Origin: Octopus vulgaris
Lineage: Eukaryota
Assembly (NCBI GenBank): GCA_951406725.2
Contig: OX597832.1
Location: 63,116,001-63,180,000 of the forward strand
Direction of reading: 5' to 3'
DNA: 64,000 nt
Below are positions 15,240-25,918 of the stretch, one piece after another; position 1 is the stretch's first letter; every line of letters begins with the position of its first letter. Made by a program: the position numbers and the translations under genes. The notes under the pieces were generated by a model. That model made no database searches and was not told the DNA's origin. It saw only the letters and a list, made by a program, of their open reading frames with translations.

Positions 15240-16282
15240 ACATACATACACACATATATATGGATATATGAGTACACGACGTCACAAACCGTAAACAACA
15301 TGAAATACGAAAACAAAAGAGTTGAATACATAAACAACGAGAGAAACAAATGGAAAACAGGACAAGTAACATAAAAAAATTACCTTTCATCAGTTGTCGG
15401 CTGTCCATCTACTCCTCACTTCGAATATTGAATGACAATATGAGTTTTCGAAGGGCAGTTGCTCCCGCAAACCAAAATAAAATTTGGGATTTGCAGAGAT
15501 CAAAAGTTGGTGACAAAAACAGGACAGTGGAGACATACAAGGAAACCGAACGAAAACAAACATAGAGGGTCGTTAGACCAGACGAAAAAGTAAAATAGTG
15601 AACGCTGGAGAAACATTCTCTTTGACAAGAGGAAAGATAGAAGAGAGAGACAGATAGGATACGTGCAGTCTTTAAGTCAGCCGTGAAGGAAAAGAAAGCG
15701 CATCACTTGAGGAAGAGAAAAATGGACGATGGCCACGTGTGAGCAGCGAGAAAGAGCGAGTAAAGGAGAAAGAGGGAGAGAAACAGATAGAAAGGAAACG
15801 GTGAAGGGGGAAAAAGGAATTAGAGAAAGGAAGAGAGAGAAAAAGCGATGAGAGAGAGGACGGTAAAGGGTAGAGTCACATCACAATTATTAAAATAAAC
15901 TTACTTGGAAATGGATGTGTGGCGTTCAATCAAATAATAATATAAATAATATACATTTATGCACATATATATGTATACGTACAAACATACAAACATATAT
16001 ATAGAGAGAGAGAGATAGATATATGCATATATGGGCACAGGACGTCACAAACCGTAAATAAGATGAAATACGAAAACAAAAGAGTTGAATACATAAACAA
16101 CGGGAACTCTTTTGTTTTCGTATTTCATGTAGTTTACGATTTGTGACGTCCTCTATCCATATATGCATGTGTGTGTGTATGTGTGTGTGTGTGTCTGTGT
16201 GTGTGTGTGTGTGTGTACATATACATATATTATTTATATTATTATTTGATTGAATGCCGCGCATCCATTTCCAAGTAAGTTT
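15240..16282. repeat. Direct plus inverted repeat complex (pLTR-like architecture)
   Basis: gacgtcacaaaccgtaaa..gaaatacgaaaacaaaagagtt occurs at ~15278 and ~16041 and inverted at ~16106-16150. 15896-15950 is inverted at 16226-16282. Confidence 0.7.
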
Positions 16283-16290
16283 ATCTATAT

Positions 16291-16442
<152 letters not shown>

Positions 16443-17135
16443 GAGATACAGATATTCTCCGTATAGAATACACTTCGTAGTGCTCAAGAGATTTAAAATG
16501 GAACAGGTAGAGGAGTAAATGTAAGGATAAGCAAGTAAGGCAAGTCAAGACCTAAAATATAAATTTTTTCCCTGAAAACAGAAGCTGGCATTATCCGATG
16601 ATAGAATCAATTTACATTTATTATTCTGGATCACCAAGACCTCCAGAAACAGCTGTTGGACTCGTAAAACTCTTATTCAACGCCCTTAATTGCTGATATC
16701 ATTTATATACTGTGTAAGTCGGACCTTTTTATATGTAAAGATATGTACTTTGTTTTGTATTAAATGTATTTAATATTTTTTGTATACTGACTTACCTAAT
16801 TATCTAGTCCTTACATTTACTCCTACACACACACACACACACACACACACATGCATACATACATTACATACCTATACGCATACACACTCACGTGATCGTG
16901 TTGATTAGATACTGAAGTATGTTTGCGCATGCCAGTGTAACTGTGGGCACTGAGCTAGAGTTCCACTTCTCACCTCATTCATATCTCTCCCACTTTCTTT
17001 CTTTCTCTCGTTTCAAAACAAATACCAACTACTTCCTAAATTTCTTTGACTTCCTCCCCCTATTTTCATATGTGCTATATATATATATATATATATATAG
17101 ATAAGAAAGTTTGTTTGGTAAAGCACGTGGGTGAA

Positions 17136-17926
17136 TATATAAGAAAATAGTAAAGTGTGAAAAAACGACAGAAGGCTTAAATGTTAAAAAATATATATAT
17201 ATGTGTCAAAATGTCTGGAGAATATTGGAAAAATTTTTTTTCCTTTCCTTAAAATGACATAATTTAAAAATTTTTAAAGAAATTACCACGTCGTCTTGGT
17301 GGCAGCCCGAGCATTTAATAACATAAATTATGTTTTCAGAGGCACTACGTGGGTTCCACGGGACTATCACTCAGGCGTAGATGCACACTGCATCGACAAC
17401 AGATTGCATTCCCAGAATATAGAATGATACCTTTTAGTGAGCACATTGAGAAATGCGCAAAGCAACTACTGCCACAATTTTTAATCTTCCCATTTTACCA
17501 ATGTGCTTTCGGATCATCAACACAAATGAGACTGAACAAGGAAACATTCTTCATTGAAAAGTACAAACCCAGACTCAACCATCCGAACATACTGACACAG
17601 AGAAATTAACAAGGAAAAGGGAAAAAAATTTTTAAGCGATTATCTCCCTTACACCGGAAGAAATCACTCACTACCTCCCCTTATTTAGAAATCTCCTGGA
17701 AATAAAAACAACGATAACTCCAAGCAATATAAACATAACGTCACAAGAAATTTGAAAAGCTACACGCGAAACCGGTAATTTCTTTAAAAATTTTAAAATT
17801 ATGTCATTTTAAGGAAAGGAAAAAAATTTTTCCAATATTCTCCAGACATTTTGACACAAATATATATATATTTTTTAACATTTAAGCCTTCTGTAGTTTT
17901 TTCACACTTTACTATTTTCTTATATA
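17136..17926 (+). mobile_element. 5'-truncated PLE relic: GIY-YIG C-terminus, hammerhead, and ~150-bp inverted repeats
   Basis: YVGSTGLSLRRRCTLHRQQI..FSEHIEKCA..F.IFPFYQ..RL.KE.FFI.KYKPRLN (to 17609) is clearly homologous to the nuclease at 21111-21370. Inverted repeats at 17136-17287 and 17774-17926. Confidence 0.85.
17745..17784 (+). ncRNA. Minimal hammerhead ribozyme, U3-A8 core
   Basis: AAGAAAU-UUGAAAA-GC(uacac)GC-GAAA-CCGGUA-AUUUCUU, with a perfect 7-bp stem I. Confidence 0.75.
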
Positions 17927-18290
17927 TATATATATATATATTCTTTTACATGTTTCGGTCATTTATCTGCAGCCATGCTGGAGCACCGCCTTTAGTCGAA
18001 CAAATAGACCCCTCGATTTATTCTTTGTAAGCCTAGTACTTGTTCAATCGGTGTCTTTTGTCGAGCCGCTAAGTTACGGGGACGCAAACAGACCAACATC
18101 GGTTGCCAAGCGAAGGTGGTGGAAGAAACACAGACACACAAACATAAAATTTACAAATATATATATATATATTGTTGTATTTAGGAAAGGTCATTTTGCC
18201 AGTTTAGCCAATAAAAACACACGCACTATATATTTGGTGTTACTTTGCTTCAGCGTTATTTATTTTTTACATTAATCTTAATCTTATTTC

Positions 18291-18335
18291 GGCCAGAGTT
18301 CTTTCGTCACACTTCTGTGACCTCATCAGTGGTCC
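18291..18335 (-). ncRNA. Minimal hammerhead ribozyme, canonical core, in a short PLE-type repeat (~18175-18560)
   Basis: CCA-CUGAUGA-G-GUCAC(agaagu)GUGAC-GAAA-GAAC-UC-UGG. Confidence 0.7.
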
Positions 18336-18664
18336 TTTGCTTTCTTCTTTCTTATTTGTGTGTCTCTCCTTACTAACGGTCAGCCATTTTCTATTTTGTA
18401 TTCCTATTGTATGTGTCTTCATTTGCGCATGCGTATACCTCTATGTGTGTCTATGTTTAGTTAGTGTGTGTATGGGGGGAAGTGCCTGTAATATTTGTAT
18501 CTCCTGTTTATATACGTTCGTGTAATTTGTTTTTGTTTATTTTTATTTTTTTCATGTTTTTACACCTACTTATTATTATTATTATTATTATTTTAACTAT
18601 GTCAGAGGTGGTGCCCCAGCATGGCCGCGGCCTTCGGGCTAAAACATTTTAAAGGATTTTAAGG

Positions 18665-18704
<40 letters not shown>

Positions 18705-18708
<4 letters not shown>

Positions 18709-19741
18709 CTTATGTAAATATCGTTGTTTATGTAATGATCTAATTATCGTAATTTTCTATATTATTAGATATTAAATTTAAGTTTATTCGTAAGATGCTA
18801 CTTAGCGATAGATTTGTTATTTGATAGCAAGCATACGAGGTGTATTAAGTTAGGCTTTTGTATATACATGTTTTAATAGTATTAATTGTAGTTTTAAATT
18901 TATAATTAAATTAGATAAACTTTGATAAACTTAGATGTTTCGACTAAAGATTGGTCCAGGCCATGTCTAATTTAATAGCATAACTTAGTTATTTCTTTAA
19001 ATTAATATTCGCTAGTTATTCCCATTGATAATTATATTTATAGTATTTATAGTATTTATTCGATACTATATTACTACGAATTGATTATTTCTATAAGTAT
19101 TTTACATAAGATTTCCGAAAGTTCGTTTAAGTTTGTTTATTTGTATTTTGAAATTAGCTATTTCATCTTTAAATATGAAAAAATAATTTATTAGGTTTTT
19201 ATTATATGTGCATATATATTTATTTATAGAAATTATTTTAGATCTTAATATTTATATACATTTATATATTTTCATTGATAATTTATATATATTAGTCATT
19301 TAAAAATATTTATGTAATTAGATATAGACTAATACCGATATTAGATTATTGGTGGGTTTCCTACCTTATGAATTAAAATTAATATTTAACATTATAGTCG
19401 ATTTTTATATAATCATAATTGTTAAGTTTTATGTTTCTAGTTTGATAATAGAATTTATTATAAGTAAAATTATTATATTATTTATATCTTAAAAATATTG
19501 TTTAAATATTTCTGATTATATTTTAGATATTTCAATTAACCTGAAGATTGACTGTAACCATAACTCGAATTATTACGAATTATATAGCCATGAAACGATC
19601 GTAGTGTTTTACTCTTTATCTTTTATTAAACTTTTAATACTTTTGATATATATTTAAAATAATATAAATTAATTAATTTTATGTATTGGCTTATGTTTTT
19701 CATTGTTTGATTTGCCTAATAGTGGTTTGATCTCTAATTTA

Positions 19742-19745
<4 letters not shown>
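18705..19745 (+). mobile_element. Very AT-rich probable PLE-derived relic with a decayed hammerhead at 19537-19608
   Basis: CTGAAGA...TAGCCA-TGAAA-CGATCG-TA motif near its right end. The block is bounded by (TA)n on both sides. Confidence 0.4.
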
Positions 19746-19793
<48 letters not shown>

Positions 19794-20218
19794 TACACAC
19801 ACACACACATATATATATATACACACACACACACACATATATATACACACACACACACACATATATATATACACACACACACATATATATACACACACAC
19901 ACACATATATATATACACACACACACACATATATATATACACACACACACACATATATATATACACACACACACACATATATATATATACACACACACAC
20001 ATATATATATACACACACACACATATATATATACACACACACACATATATATATACACACACACACACATATATATATACACACACACACACATATATAT
20101 ATACACACACACACACATATATATATACACACACACACACATATATATACACACACACACACACATATATACACACACACACACACATATATATACACAC
20201 ACACACACACATATATAT

Positions 20219-20260
<42 letters not shown>
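19745..20260. repeat. Compound (TA)n(CA)m minisatellite, ~20-22 bp period
   Basis: Seen directly. It abuts the left end of the PLE. Confidence 0.9.
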
Positions 20261-20351
20261 GTATAAGGGTGAAAAGGAACACACGAGTTGATATATATGA
20301 AAAAACAAGTAAAAAATAGAAAATGCTAAAATAATTTTATAGTGAACATTT

Positions 20352-20389
20352 CAGTACTGGTTTCGGTCATTTTGAGACCTTTTCAACTG
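20352..20389 (-). ncRNA. Minimal type I hammerhead ribozyme, U3-A8 core (3' pLTR copy)
   Basis: CAG-UUGAAAA-GGUC(ucaaaau)GACC-GAAA-CCAGUA-CUG. The stem III palindrome carries a G>A change relative to the other two copies. Confidence 0.75.
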
Positions 20390-21110
20390 TAACGATTAAA
20401 TAATTAAATTTAGAAAAATTAGAAGAAAAGTTTTTTTAAAACAATATTTCTATAGTAGTGTTCAGATTTAAGTGGCATTCTGCCTTTCTCTGACTCCCTT
20501 GTTTGCACTTGTGTGTTCGAGGTAGTTGTGAGTTCTTGGTAGGGTAGTAGAGGGAAGGCTGGTGAGGAAAGGGGGTGGGAGAATCTGGGAGTGCCCTGAT
20601 GGTCGTATTTTGAATGGTCAGTGGCGGCTGGCAGTCTCAGTTCAATTCAGGAGAATATTTATATCGACAGGCTTGTTTATAGAATTAGCGTAGGTGTTAT
20701 ACTAAAAAACATTAGTGACAAACTTAAGGGGTAGGGGTGGAGAAGAAGAAGAAGAAGAAGAAGAAGAAGAAGAAGAAGGAGAAGGAGAAGGAGAAGATGA
20801 TGGTGATGGTGGTGATGATTATGACGACGATGATGATGATAACGATGATGATGATGAAGAAGAAGAAGAAGAAGAAGAAGAAGAAGGAGGAGAAGGAGAA
20901 GATGGTGGTGATGATGGTGGCGATGATGATGACGCCAATGATGATGATAACGATGATGATGAAGAAGAAGAAGAAGAAAAAAACAGAGAAGGGAGAATAT
21001 GAATGGGTGTAAATATAGCTATGAAGGGGCTGATTAGTAATGGATTCTATGGAGTGTAGTATTTGTGTGTGTATATATATTTTTTTCTTTTATTCTAAAG
21101 TTGAGGTATA

Positions 21111-21710
21111 TTAATTGTTTGTCGTAGACCCGTTAAGAAGTGGCTTGTATTTTGTAATAAAGAGATTCTCTTTACTTATTCTTTGTCTCGAGGTTGTATC
21201 GTCCCTAAATTGGTAGAGGGGGAAAATTCTGAAGTTTGGTGTTTTTTTGTTGGCGCAAGTATCTATGTGTTGGCTAAAAGCTATTTTTCTGTTTTGGGGA
21301 ATTTTTATCTGGGATCTGTGCAGGGCCATTCGTTTACGCAAACCATTTTTTGTTTGGCCTATGTACTGCTCTTGACACCCGGAGCAGGTTAGTGAGTATA
21401 TTAGGTTCTCCGAAGCACATGTGAAGTTGCTTTTCACTGTAAACCGTTGTCCCTGTTTGAAGGAGAACTCAGAACCCTCGATTAGATAGTCGCATATCCC
21501 GCAATTGGGTCTTCCACATTTTTTTACTGTCGGCTTCTGTGTTGAAGAGTGAATTCGGGCTTGTGTAAGGAGACTTTTCATGGATCTAGGCTGTCTTTTG
21601 CTTTTTATGATCGTGTGTGTTTGGAGGATTGTGTTCATTCTGTGGTCTTTTTTTAGGAGGGGTATGTTGTGGAGGATGGTGTCGAAGGCTTCGTTATTTA
21701 GAGAGTTGTG
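21111..21710 (-). CDS. PLE GIY-YIG endonuclease domain (frameshifted continuation of the RT ORF)
   Basis: Cys-rich linker KCGRPNCGIC followed by NFTCASENLIYSLTCSGCQEQYIGQT..LRKR..H..E..FI..KPLLN. This is a GIY-YIG domain with the Neptune-type Cys cluster. Confidence 0.92.
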   Translation of the reverse strand, partial: HNSLNNEAFDTILHNIPLLKKDHRMNTILQTHTIIKSKRQPRSMKSLLTQARIHSSTQKPTVKKCGRPNCGICDYLIEGSEFSFKQGQRFTVKSNFTCASENLIYSLTCSGCQEQYIGQTKNGLRKRMALHRSQIKIPQNRKIAFSQHIDTCANKKTPNFRIFPLYQFRDDTTSRQRISKENLFITKYKPLLNGSTTNN

Positions 21711-23439
21711 TGGAGATGTATGGTAAGGCTTTTGGTTGTAAGTTTTTCTTTGATTTGGGATGTCTCAGTTCCTTGATGTTAAGTTGAAGGGCACGTTGAA
21801 TGCACTTGTCAATAAGTGAAGGTGGATAGTTCCTGGTGATTAGGGTATCTTTTAGTTCTTGTAGTCGTGTGTCTCTGGTGTTTGCGTTAGAGACTATAGT
21901 GCATATCCTTTTTGCTAGATTGAAGGGGATATTCATCCTGGTGTGTCTGGGGTGGCATGAATTGAATGGAAGATATTGCTTAGAGTCTGTAGGCTTATAG
22001 TATATGTCTGTTTCTATTATATTATTAGCTTTCTTAATGAGGATATCGAGGAAGGGGAGTTGTTGTTGGCTATATTCCATCGTGAATTGGATGTTTACGT
22101 CCAGTCCGTTTAAAATTTTCTGGAATTCTATGAGTTTTTCTATATTTTTATGCCAAAGGATGAAACAGTCATCTAGATATCTCTTCCAGTTGTTTTCTAT
22201 GTAGATGGAGAAAGGGCTGCCATATCTTTCTAGAACCTTACGATACAGACTGATCTCTAGGTATCCTATGACTAGGTTGGCAAAGGAGGGGGCCATTCGT
22301 GTACCCATCGCAGTCCCCGATTTTTGTCGGTAGAAGTTGTCATTGAAGGCGAAGAAGTTATTTTCCAGGATGAATTTAACCCCTTCTATCACAAATTCTT
22401 TTTTGATGCGGTGTGGTAGTTCGTTGGCGTGATTCTCTAGCCAGAATTGGATTGCCTCTAGTCCTAGGTTGTGGGGGATATTGGAGTAGAGGTTGACTAC
22501 ATCGAAGGATACCAGTATGGTGTTTTTGTTTATAGTATTCGGTAGGTGATTGAGCATATCTAAGTCGTCCCTTATATAGCTTTTGACATGTTTGAGGAGT
22601 GGTTTTAACAGGGTGTCTAAAAAGTTACTGAGGCGGTGGGTTTCGCATGCGGGACCTGCTATTATGGGTCTCAATTTGAGGTCATTAGGATTAGGGACTT
22701 TAATTATTTTGTCTGTAGCTATCTTGCATGCGTTGCTTATTTTTTCACTTTTGTGGATCTTAGGTATACCGTAGAATTGGCTAGTTTTACTTGTGAAATT
22801 GGTCATATAATCATATTCTTTGTCGGTGAGCCCTGCTTTGTATGGGTTTAATATGGATTTTAGTTCCCTCATTATTTTTTGTTGACTGTAGTTTTGTGCC
22901 TTTTCATAGTATGTTGTGTCTTCCAGCATAGAAAGTACCAAAGTTATGTAAAATGTCGTATCCATTAAGACAACAGCACTCCCTTTATCGGCCTCTTTGA
23001 TTGTTATTGTTTTATCTAGTTTTAATTTGTTCAACTCAGCCCATTCTTTTTTGCTGAAGTTTGGTTTGTGTTTTTGCTTGTGCATATGTTGATATGGGTA
23101 ATTTGATATGTGGTCACAGAAATCATCAAGTGTTTTATTCTTACCTTTCGAGGGGGTGTAGTTACTCCTATTTCTGGCTAACGATTCGTCCTCGTTGTAT
23201 TTATCGTATAGCTCCTCAGTAAGTCTTAATTTTCTGCAGAATTCTGCGATGTCTTCTTTCATTTCATTGTAGTTGGGGTGTTGTGGGGTGGGTGTAAACT
23301 TGAGTCCTTTGGAAAGTATGTTTATTTGGTTTGCTGTTAGTTCCTTGTGAGTTAGATTAATAATTTTTATTACTTTTGGTTCCTCCTGCTTGTTTGGTGC
23401 TATCTTGTGTCTCTGTGTTTGCGTATTGGGTCTAAAAAA
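21694..23439 (-). CDS. PLE reverse transcriptase
   Basis: Motifs IINLTHKELT..ILSKGLKFTPTP (upstream of the first ATG at 23262), IKEADKG, LRPIIAG, SFDVVNLYSNIP, GTAMG..APSFANL, RYLDD, FLD and YYKPT..YLPFNSCHP. The frame breaks near 21705-21712, apparently by a 2-bp loss in an ACACA repeat, before the nuclease. Confidence 0.95.
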   Translation of the reverse strand, partial: FFRPNTQTQRHKIAPNKQEEPKVIKIINLTHKELTANQINILSKGLKFTPTPQHPNYNEMKEDIAEFCRKLRLTEELYDKYNEDESLARNRSNYTPSKGKNKTLDDFCDHISNYPYQHMHKQKHKPNFSKKEWAELNKLKLDKTITIKEADKGSAVVLMDTTFYITLVLSMLEDTTYYEKAQNYSQQKIMRELKSILNPYKAGLTDKEYDYMTNFTSKTSQFYGIPKIHKSEKISNACKIATDKIIKVPNPNDLKLRPIIAGPACETHRLSNFLDTLLKPLLKHVKSYIRDDLDMLNHLPNTINKNTILVSFDVVNLYSNIPHNLGLEAIQFWLENHANELPHRIKKEFVIEGVKFILENNFFAFNDNFYRQKSGTAMGTRMAPSFANLVIGYLEISLYRKVLERYGSPFSIYIENNWKRYLDDCFILWHKNIEKLIEFQKILNGLDVNIQFTMEYSQQQLPFLDILIKKANNIIETDIYYKPTDSKQYLPFNSCHPRHTRMNIPFNLAKRICTIVSNANTRDTRLQELKDTLITRNYPPSLIDKCIQRALQLNIKELRHPKSKKNLQPKALPYISTQLSK

Positions 23440-24634
23440 TGAATGCGGTGGTTGGGACGGTAGCTAGTATATAGTTGTTCTTTGTTGATTAGGGGTCTCC
23501 TGTTGTGATTTGTGGTGTGTGTTCTTGGAGCAGTATTGAGGAGAGCATCCCGATATCCCATATTCGGGTGTGGTGTTCTAGGAGGCCTTCGTTGGTAATC
23601 ATTGCAAGTGGTGTGGGTTTGTTGTGCATGGTTGTTTAACCGGTTAATGGGACGAAGATTTCGTTGGTAACTCCTTTGGGTGGGGATGAGGTTGCAGTGT
23701 CTATGCTGTGGGTGTTGATTTATCCTTTCTCTGCTTGAAGTGGGGGTATTCCTGATATTGTATCGCTGGCTGCTTACAGAGTTGGGGTTAGGTCCTGTAT
23801 TCTTTTTTGATAGTAGTGAAGGTTCCGATTTTTAGACAGGTGTGTATCGGTGTTTGGGTGTTGTTTTGGTTTTCTTATTTTCTGGAAAGGGTTGTTGGAG
23901 GCGTGCTCTGTTTGAAAGACGGCTTCATAGTCTGAGAACCAAGTGGCGCTTTTCTCCCAGCGTTGGAGAGATTTTAGTTCTTCTTTTTCACAGTCCTCTT
24001 TCCATAGTTTGGAGAACTTCTCTTGATCTGGGCCTTGGGTCATTTTGCGAATTTCTTCGTTGATATCTTCATCGGTGGATTTTATTTTATCCTCATTCGT
24101 TTGGGCCCTCAATTTCAGAAGTTCTATTTCCATTTTCATTTTTTCCAGTGCCATTCTCTCCCTGAGGTGTCTTTGTGTTTCAGGTTCTTCTGTAATAGCT
24201 TTGAACTGGAATTTACGTGGGAGGATTAACGGGGTCCGGTTGAGCCATTTTTCGTATATATCCGCTTTGTTGTTGTTTTGGATCATCTTCCAAAAGGCGA
24301 ACTTTCTATCTCTGAGTGATTTGTTCCATTGTGGTATTATGTGGTGTTTCATTTGGTATGTTGTTAGAGTATTGATCCCATATATTGACGCGTTTGGAGG
24401 TCCTAGGTTAGCGTTGTTAGAGAAAAATGTTCTAATTGTTTCGCATAAGTTTCCAAGGTTTTCGACAATTTCGGAGGTTGTATTTTTCGTATCTGTTTCT
24501 TCATTGTTCTCTCGATTGGGTTGAAGTGTCGAGTCGAATTTGTTCAAAAAAGTTGACAAATTTGTGTTGATTTTCTTGAGTTCTTTCAGTATTTCTTCGT
24601 TTATGGAGGTGATTGTGTCTGTTTTTGTCGGCAT
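23400..24634 (-). CDS. PLE ORF1, coiled-coil protein (~411 aa if one A is restored in the A6 run at 23803-23808)
   Basis: ATG (MPTK) at 24634, with heptad-like helices EILKELKKINTNLSTFL and ALEKMKMEIELLKLR. The track ORF stops at 23774, but the -1 frame is open from about 23831 to a TAG at 23400 and encodes an R/N/P/H-rich tail ending ...HRIHFLDPIRKHRDTR*. Confidence 0.7.
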
Positions 24635-24754
24635 TTTCTGTATCTCGTGTGGGTTAATGATATGTATAAGGGTGAAAAGGAACACACGAGTTGATATATA
24701 TGAAAAAACAAGTAAAAAATAGAAAATGCTAAAATAATTTTATAGTGAACATTT

Positions 24755-24792
24755 CAGTACCGGTTTCGGTCATTTTGAGACCTTTTCAACTG
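24755..24792 (-). ncRNA. Minimal type I hammerhead ribozyme, U3-A8 core (5' pLTR copy)
   Basis: CAG-UUGAAAA-GGUC(ucaaaau)GACC-GAAA-CCGGUA-CUG, with palindromic ACCGGU stem III and a GUA cleavage triplet. Confidence 0.8.
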
Positions 24793-25831
24793 TAACGATT
24801 AAATAATTAAATTTAGAAAAATTAGAAGAAAAGTTTTTTTAAAACAATATTTCTATAGTAGTGTTCAGATTTAAGTGGCATTCTGCCTTTCTCTGACTCC
24901 CTTGTTTGCACAGATCCCAGATAAAAATTCCCCAAAACAGAAAAATAGCTTTTAGCCAACACATAGATACTTGCGCCAACAAAAAAACACCAAACTTCAG
25001 AATTTTCCCCCTCTACCAATTTAGGGACGATACAACCTCGAGACAAAGAATAAGTAAAGAAAATATCTTTATTACAAAATACAAGCCACTTCTTAACGGG
25101 TCTACGACAAACAATTAATATACCTCAACTTTAGAATAAAAGAAAAAAATATATATACACACACAAATACTACACTCCATAGAATCCATTACTAATCAGC
25201 CCCTTCATAGCTATATTTACACCCATTCATATTCTCCCTTCTCTGTTTTTTTCTTCTTCTTCTTCTTCATCATCATCGTTATCATCATCATTGGCGTCAT
25301 CATCATCGCCACCATCATCACCACCATCTTCTCCTTCTCCTCCTTCTTCTTCTTCTTCTTCTTCTTCATCATCATCATCGTTATCATCATCATCGTCGTC
25401 ATAATCATCACCACCATCACCATCATCTTCTCCTTCTCCTTCTCCTTCTTCTTCTTCTTCTTCTTCTTCTTCTTCTTCTCCACCCCCTACCCCTTAAGTT
25501 TGTCACTAATGTTTTTTAGTATAACACCTACGCTAATTCTATAAACAAGCCTGTCGATATAAATATTCTCCTGAATTGAACTGAGACTGCCAGCCGCCAC
25601 TGACCATTCAAAATACGACCATCAGGGCACTCCCAGATTCTCCCACCCCCTTTCCTCACCAGCCTTCCCTCTACTACCCTACCAAGAACTCACAACTACC
25701 TCGAACACACAAGTGCAAACAAGGGAGTCAGAGAAAGGCAGAATGCCACTTAAATCTGAACACTACTATAGAAATATTGTTTTAAAAAAACTTTTCTTCT
25801 AATTTTTCTAAATTTAATTATTTAATCGTTA

Positions 25832-25869
25832 CAGTTGAAAAGGTCTCAAAATGACCGAAACCGGTACTG
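25832..25869 (+). ncRNA. Minimal type I hammerhead ribozyme, U3-A8 core (inverted pLTR copy)
   Basis: cag ttgaaaa ggtc tcaaaat gacc gaaa ccggta ctg on the + strand. Confidence 0.8.
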
Positions 25870-25918
25870 AAATGTTCACTATAAAATTATTTTAGCATTT
25901 TCTATTTTTTACTTGTTT

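Noticed and set aside
18705-19745. Mitochondrial insertion (NUMT)
   Set aside because: Very AT-rich, but I could recognise no mitochondrial gene or tRNA. A decayed hammerhead points to a PLE origin.
20715-21012. Poly-Glu/Asp and poly-Lys ORFs (also 25217-25483)
   Set aside because: Translations of GAA/GAT microsatellites within the PLE 3' UTR and its inverted copy.
24906-25118. Separate 70-aa gene on the + strand
   Set aside because: Inverted duplicate of the GIY-YIG C-terminus with no true start codon.
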